Shown here one piece after another: positions 59,171-64,000 of a stretch of 64,000 bases of DNA (position 1 is its first letter; each line of letters starts with the position of its first letter). Source of the stretch: Hyphomicrobiales bacterium. GTDB taxonomy: Bacteria > Pseudomonadota > Alphaproteobacteria > Rhizobiales > Devosiaceae. The translations under genes were made by a program, and so were the position numbers. Where the stretch lies: positions 13,663 through 77,662 of the forward strand of contig WFXU01000024.1 in NCBI GenBank assembly GCA_015490455.1, written 5' to 3'. The notes under the pieces were generated by a model that was given only the letters and a program-made list of their open reading frames with translations, was not told where the DNA came from and did no database searches.

Positions 59171-61456
59171 TTAGAAGCCATAACCAGTCCCATCTGGGCC
59201 TTTTAACTTAAAAGTTACTTTATAAGTCTGATTTGTTGGATTAAGCGGACCGCCACTGGCTCCATAAGATGTCTCAAGAGCAAAATAGCCATCATCATAG
59301 CCAATTATCGCCCGATGATCTATGAATGAATTTGTTCTTATGTTCCAGCCCGCGCCCAATTTTGCATACCAATATTCGCCAAAGGGCACTCTTATTGAAC
59401 CGCCAATATCGTGCTGTTCCGTCAAAGTGCCAAGTAAGGGATCTGGTGCTAAATATGTATAATCGGCATTTAGCTCCCACCCTTCTTTAGCTAACGAAGC
59501 CACTATAGCGCCCCTGTCAATCTGTAAATTATTTGGATTTATACTTGCTTTTGCGCCAGCTCTAAACCCATTGTCGGCAAAAGAGGCCTCCGCCCCAATT
59601 ACTATATTTGAATAGGTAGAACCAAGTTTGGTGCTGGTGCCGATTTGTGTTTCATCGCTTATTGCAAAACTATTAAGCCCGCTAAGCATAATTGACTGCC
59701 CGCCAATCAGACTAAAAAAGCTGCCATTATCAAAATTTGCCAAATATCTGGCGCCGATATTTGCTCTTAAACCTGTCTCTTGCCTGTCGGTTCCTGAAAA
59801 TCTGTTGAAGCTAAAAAGATTTGTTTCATCAAATATGAAATTTTGCGCATTATCATTATTTATCCCCAATTTTGTATTATCTGATCCGCGATAGACCAAT
59901 TGAGCGATTGGCTCAAAAAGAAAAGAAGAGCCATTATCATTTCTTGCAATTAATGGATAGCGTAAATCAATAGCGGCGATTGGCGTTAGTGAAAATGTTT
60001 GAACCGCTGTGGGGTTTAGAGAACTTGCGCCATCATAATAAGAACCATCAGCCCTTAAGGCCAAATAAGGGGTTAGGCTAAGCCCGTTTGTGGTTATAAT
60101 TTGTTTTTTCCAGCTTGCAGCAAAATTTGCATGAATTTTATTACCCTGATAGCCGAAAATATAAGGCACACCATTAATATTTTTGCTGCTATCGGCCAGT
60201 CGGTTAACGCCTAAAATATTACCAGAAAGGGTAATGGTGCCATTATTGTCAGCTAGATCAAAAATTTGTTCATATTGGATATTGGGAACAGCGTTTGCCT
60301 GCATATTCTGAGCCACCTGATTATAATTTCCCAATAAGACATAATCTTGCACTCTAATATTGGCATATTTTTCTTTGCTTAAATATTCTGCATAGATTTC
60401 ATTAGTTGCAGAGCGTTGAATGGGTATATTATAATCGGTTAAAAATGCAGCATCGCTGAAGGTCGTATAAGACCATCCAAATTTCCAATCTTCAATTGGC
60501 GTAAATTCGCCATAGGTCTGAATAGCTCCGCGCCAGTCCCTATCTCCCTCTTTTCCTGCAAAAATACTCCTATTAAATTGGTAAAGTCCTGAGGCGGTCA
60601 AATTGACTTTTCCTAAATCACTAAAACGATGCTCTATAGTTGCTGATAAAAGCGGGCCTTGTAAAAAACTAATAGAGGGCACTAAAATTATATCTGTATT
60701 TTTGCCGGCTGCGTAAAAATAAGGAAATTCCAGTTTTAGGCCAATATCTTCAGAATAAAAATAGCTGGGCATTCTAAAACCATTAGTGCGTGGATTGCTG
60801 GGGTCTGGCAATCTGAGCCAGGGTAGCCAGGCAATTGGCACGCCCAATATTTCTAAAATAGGCTGTTCAAGATCTATTAATTCATTATTTTTATCGTAAA
60901 TTATGGTTTTTGTTCTAACGCGCCAGCCAATTTTTCTGCCCTTAGAATCAACACAATTACCACATGGCGCATAGGTTCCCTTTTGCAATATCGTTTTACT
61001 CTCCTGATCGTGCAAAGTCTTTTCGGCGGTAATCAAAGCGCCATCAGGGGTAATCATAATCATTGAGTTTAATATTGCCTTTTTGAATTTGCCTGTTAAT
61101 TCTACCCTGTCGGCTGCATATTCAATATTATCGGGGCTTCTAATTACCACATTGCCAATTAGGGTCAGATCGCTACTTATTTGGTCAAATTCAATCCTAT
61201 CAGCGCTCGCATAATAGCCCTGATAGGAAATATCAACCTGCCCGTAAGCAATAATCAGGCCTGAGCTTGTTTGCGATAAAAAATCAGCAGCTAGGGAAAC
61301 CTGTCCCTTATTTGCTCTTGGCAATCTATCAAAAAAACCTTCCGGTAACAGCGTAGCCAGTGCGATTTTAGGCAAAAGCAGGCCAGCCAAAATTATGGTC
61401 AGAGCCAAAGCTCTAAGAAAAATATTCCTTTTGCCCTTTATAGCCAAAATACCCAC
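59171..61456 (-). CDS. lptD: LPS assembly outer-membrane protein LptD
   Basis: 761 aa with a signal peptide, an OstA-like N-terminal domain, a large beta-barrel and a C-terminal aromatic residue. Confidence 0.85.
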   Translation of the reverse strand: MGILAIKGKRNIFLRALALTIILAGLLLPKIALATLLPEGFFDRLPRANKGQVSLAADFLSQTSSGLIIAYGQVDISYQGYYASADRIEFDQISSDLTLIGNVVIRSPDNIEYAADRVELTGKFKKAILNSMIMITPDGALITAEKTLHDQESKTILQKGTYAPCGNCVDSKGRKIGWRVRTKTIIYDKNNELIDLEQPILEILGVPIAWLPWLRLPDPSNPRTNGFRMPSYFYSEDIGLKLEFPYFYAAGKNTDIILVPSISFLQGPLLSATIEHRFSDLGKVNLTASGLYQFNRSIFAGKEGDRDWRGAIQTYGEFTPIEDWKFGWSYTTFSDAAFLTDYNIPIQRSATNEIYAEYLSKEKYANIRVQDYVLLGNYNQVAQNMQANAVPNIQYEQIFDLADNNGTITLSGNILGVNRLADSSKNINGVPYIFGYQGNKIHANFAASWKKQIITTNGLSLTPYLALRADGSYYDGASSLNPTAVQTFSLTPIAAIDLRYPLIARNDNGSSFLFEPIAQLVYRGSDNTKLGINNDNAQNFIFDETNLFSFNRFSGTDRQETGLRANIGARYLANFDNGSFFSLIGGQSIMLSGLNSFAISDETQIGTSTKLGSTYSNIVIGAEASFADNGFRAGAKASINPNNLQIDRGAIVASLAKEGWELNADYTYLAPDPLLGTLTEQHDIGGSIRVPFGEYWYAKLGAGWNIRTNSFIDHRAIIGYDDGYFALETSYGASGGPLNPTNQTYKVTFKLKGPDGTGYGF

Positions 61457-62550
61457 TAAACAAACCCATCTTCCCTGTAGAGCAACAGAGTTACCCCAAC
61501 CAAAATCGCTATAATCGCCGGACCCCAGCCGGCAATTAACGGATTTAATATAGCCGACGCCCCAGCCCTATCTGCCATTTCATTCAAAACAAATATAATA
61601 AATCCTAGCACAATTCCACCAATAATTGCACTGGCATATGAAGTTTTTCGCTTATATTTGGAAGAAAATGCAAATGCGATTAACAAACTACCAACAAGAA
61701 GGAAGGGAAATGCTAATAATTTAGCATATCTAGTTGCCGCTTCAGATTGTGCCAATGGATCAGAAAGCCCTTTTGAGAGTGCTTCTTTAAGCTCTAAAAA
61801 AGTGAAATCATCAGTTGAAGAAAATTTAAGAACTAACTCAGAAACCGTGCTTTTTGTGGGTAAAATATATTTTTCCTTCATTTGGGGCGCTTTATTAGCT
61901 GCAATAAGTTCTACTCCTTCTAATAGCCAGTTTTTGTCCTCTAAGATTGCCGATTTTGCTCTTATTTGACTATATTTTTCTCCATTTTCTTCATTTTCCA
62001 GATAATTAACATCAAAATAAATTGTAACATCTCTAAATTTATATTTTTCGCTTGCGGCCTGATAGCCCTGAAAAATATATTTCTCTCCATTTGCATATTG
62101 GACTAGCCATATTTGCCTATCTTTGCCAATTGTTGGATTTGTAGTTTGATAGGCAGGAAAAATAGAGCGGTTCAGTTTTGTAATTTCTGCTTCAATAGCA
62201 AAACTAATTGCTGCGCTAATAATTAAAAGGGTGATGATTGGCGCGCTTAAAATGCGCCAAATTGAAAATCCGCTTGCCTTTATGATGATTAACTCTCGGT
62301 GCGATTGCATGTCCAAAATGGCGATTATGGTGCCGATTAATACGGTAATAGGCAATATTTTAATGCTCCAGCGCGCTCCTGCAGCAAAAATCGCTAGTAA
62401 GGCAACCTCTTCCCCCTGACTATTTGCAACTATGTTATATCGGTAACTATCTAAAGATTCGACAAGCGCAATAAGGCCGTAAAAAATTAAAAAGACCAAA
62501 GCAATTTTTGCAAATATTCTACGTAATATAAGCCAATCAATCCGCCCCAT
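61456..62550 (-). CDS. lptG: LPS export ABC permease LptG (YjgP/YjgQ family)
   Basis: 364 aa with 6 TM helices and a periplasmic insert. It is second of the paired permease genes upstream of lptD. Confidence 0.8.
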   Translation of the reverse strand: MGRIDWLILRRIFAKIALVFLIFYGLIALVESLDSYRYNIVANSQGEEVALLAIFAAGARWSIKILPITVLIGTIIAILDMQSHRELIIIKASGFSIWRILSAPIITLLIISAAISFAIEAEITKLNRSIFPAYQTTNPTIGKDRQIWLVQYANGEKYIFQGYQAASEKYKFRDVTIYFDVNYLENEENGEKYSQIRAKSAILEDKNWLLEGVELIAANKAPQMKEKYILPTKSTVSELVLKFSSTDDFTFLELKEALSKGLSDPLAQSEAATRYAKLLAFPFLLVGSLLIAFAFSSKYKRKTSYASAIIGGIVLGFIIFVLNEMADRAGASAILNPLIAGWGPAIIAILVGVTLLLYREDGFV

Positions 62551-63641
62551 TATGTTGGCTCCACTAATTTTTTATTTTTTAAGGAAAAGAAAGAGCCTTT
62601 ATAGAAAATAATAATAAGCGAGAATATGAATAATATTATACTTCCCACATAGGAACCCGCCAAGAAATATCTCTCCATTATTGCGCTAATTGCCCGCTCT
62701 CCCAGCCCGATTAATAATATTACTGCTTCAAGTGGAACAAAGCTGCGTTTTCTTTTGGCAGTTGGAAAGGCTGCTAATGCTCCAACCAGTAAAATAATTG
62801 CAATAGGGCGTAAAGTCTCGCTAAAGCGTGAATTTAACTCCCTTATAATGGCCGAAGAAAAATTATCCGCATTAATGGAGTTTCTTATCAAATCATAGCT
62901 ATCTAACTGTTTATTTCTAAGGATTATATCGCCCTTTCCTAGCCTTTCTAAACTGATGGAATAGCGGTTAAAAGATAATTGTGATAATTCATTATTTTCA
63001 ACATCAAAAAATTGCACAGTTCCATCAATCAGACTGACATTATAACCATAATCATCATATATTATTTCAGCTTTTTTTGATATATATGTTGTTTCCCTCT
63101 CTTTATTTCTTCTATCATTGGCAAAAAAATCTAATATAAAACCATCATCACTTCGCCCTCCAATCACCACAACTAATGAGGGAACAATTTCAGAAAATCT
63201 GTCTGGAATTAAAGCGCGCCCCAAAATATCCGCAGCTATTTCTTGGTTCCATCGCGCATAGGATTTTTGCGATATAGGGTTAAGATAGTTGGCAATAATG
63301 GCCTGAAAAATAAGCCCACCCAAAGCAAAAATCATAATTGCCTGCCAGAGCTGCTTTACCATATTTAACGAATGAATTGAGTGGAGTTCATAATTTTCCT
63401 GCATTGCATATAGCGCTCTGGCTAATCCTATTGCGAGACAAATTGAAAAAATTGCCATTGCTAATTGTGGGGTGGTAAGAAATGACTGGCCTATTAGGGT
63501 GAACAAATCTTGCCCTTTGACGGTTATCAGATCAAAAAGACGCAATATTTGCGTAATCCACACTAAGAGCGAGGCCACAATAAAAAGAGAAAAAGACTGA
63601 ATAAAGAACCGCTTAATTAAATATTTGCTTAAAATACTCAT
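62550..63641 (-). CDS. lptF: LPS export ABC permease LptF (YjgP/YjgQ family)
   Basis: 363 aa with the same fold pattern as LptG. It is first in the operon and divergent from pepA. Confidence 0.8.
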   Translation of the reverse strand: MSILSKYLIKRFFIQSFSLFIVASLLVWITQILRLFDLITVKGQDLFTLIGQSFLTTPQLAMAIFSICLAIGLARALYAMQENYELHSIHSLNMVKQLWQAIMIFALGGLIFQAIIANYLNPISQKSYARWNQEIAADILGRALIPDRFSEIVPSLVVVIGGRSDDGFILDFFANDRRNKERETTYISKKAEIIYDDYGYNVSLIDGTVQFFDVENNELSQLSFNRYSISLERLGKGDIILRNKQLDSYDLIRNSINADNFSSAIIRELNSRFSETLRPIAIILLVGALAAFPTAKRKRSFVPLEAVILLIGLGERAISAIMERYFLAGSYVGSIILFIFSLIIIFYKGSFFSLKNKKLVEPT

Positions 63642-63770
63642 CTAAAAAATGGTTCTCTTAAATAATTGCATTTTTCAAAATTTCTTTAATTTTGCTTGAC
63701 AATTAGTGATTCATACTGACCAAACTAAACTATTAATTAGCTTTAATTTCGCCTAAAAGGGAAGCAGAAA

Positions 63771-64000
63771 ATGAATATAAATGTTAAACAGCTAAAAAAA
63801 AGTGATTTGGAGCTAAATCATTCTTATATTTTAATTGTGAAGGGGAGGGCTTCTCTAAGCGGAAATGCGTTAAAATTTTGGCAAAAAAGCGGGTTTGATT
63901 TTGCCGCCATTAAACAAAGTGAAAATTTTAATGGCAAAAATGGAGAATTAATAGATATTATCGCCCCGCAAAATATTAAGGCTAACAGAATAATCATATT
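63771..64000 (+). CDS. pepA: Leucyl aminopeptidase, N-terminal part (runs off the window)
   Basis: The frame is open from the ATG at 63771 to the window end. The call rests on its position divergent from lptF and an N-terminal-domain-like sequence. Confidence 0.6.
   Translation, partial: MNINVKQLKKSDLELNHSYILIVKGRASLSGNALKFWQKSGFDFAAIKQSENFNGKNGELIDIIAPQNIKANRIII

Noticed and set aside
1-64000. Scan for CRISPR arrays, rRNA/tRNA genes, riboswitch-like leaders and toxin-antitoxin or restriction-modification style defence gene pairs
   Set aside because: No regularly spaced direct repeats, no cloverleaf-like GC-rich 70-90 nt blocks in the spacers and no recognisable defence or mobility protein motifs were seen by eye. 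Dedicated tools (tRNAscan-SE, Infernal/Rfam, a CRISPR finder, a defence-system HMM set) should confirm this.

Overview
This is an AT-rich chromosome segment, about one-third G+C by eye, from an alphaproteobacterium. The gene order resembles a small-genome Rhizobiales relative, but that assignment is a guess from synteny. The conserved blocks are serB | DUF2065-hflC-hflK, folA, thyA; erpA <> dgt-argS-SPOR-scpAB-tatABC-serS-surE-pcm-nlpD; yajC-secDF; and rsmA-pdxA-surA-lptD-lptG-lptF <> pepA. There are about 58 tightly packed protein genes, mostly housekeeping. They include assimilatory sulfate reduction (cysH-cysD-cysN diverging from DUF2849-cysI-DUF934) and a gluconeogenic pckA-fba-fbp operon next to a LacI-type regulator. 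There are two TRAP transporter loci: a TAXI type linked to USP, an aminotransferase and a BKACE enzyme, and a DctPQM type that looks damaged. A GAF/HTH regulator - aldehyde dehydrogenase - DUF779 module and Tat/Sec/Lpt envelope genes are also present. I recognised no rRNA, tRNA, CRISPR array, transposase, integrase or phage gene. The stand-out is about 23.13-26.83 kb, where G+C rises abruptly to roughly 55-60% around a single 1163-codon ORF. That ORF encodes an N-terminally membrane-anchored protein with a degenerate transglutaminase-like core, a vWA domain with an intact MIDAS motif, and about 550 C-terminal residues I cannot assign. It sits between mscS and erpA with no mobility genes, and short repeats bracket it. 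Secondary observations: a 45-50 nt dispersed intergenic repeat (two copies, one with a MITE-like inverted partner); a roughly 90-nt polypurine/G-run tract plus twin 16-bp palindromes upstream of pckA; a homopolymer frameshift splitting dctM; and a dctQ N-terminal helix with no canonical start codon. All functional calls come from reading motifs in the supplied translations. No database search was run.
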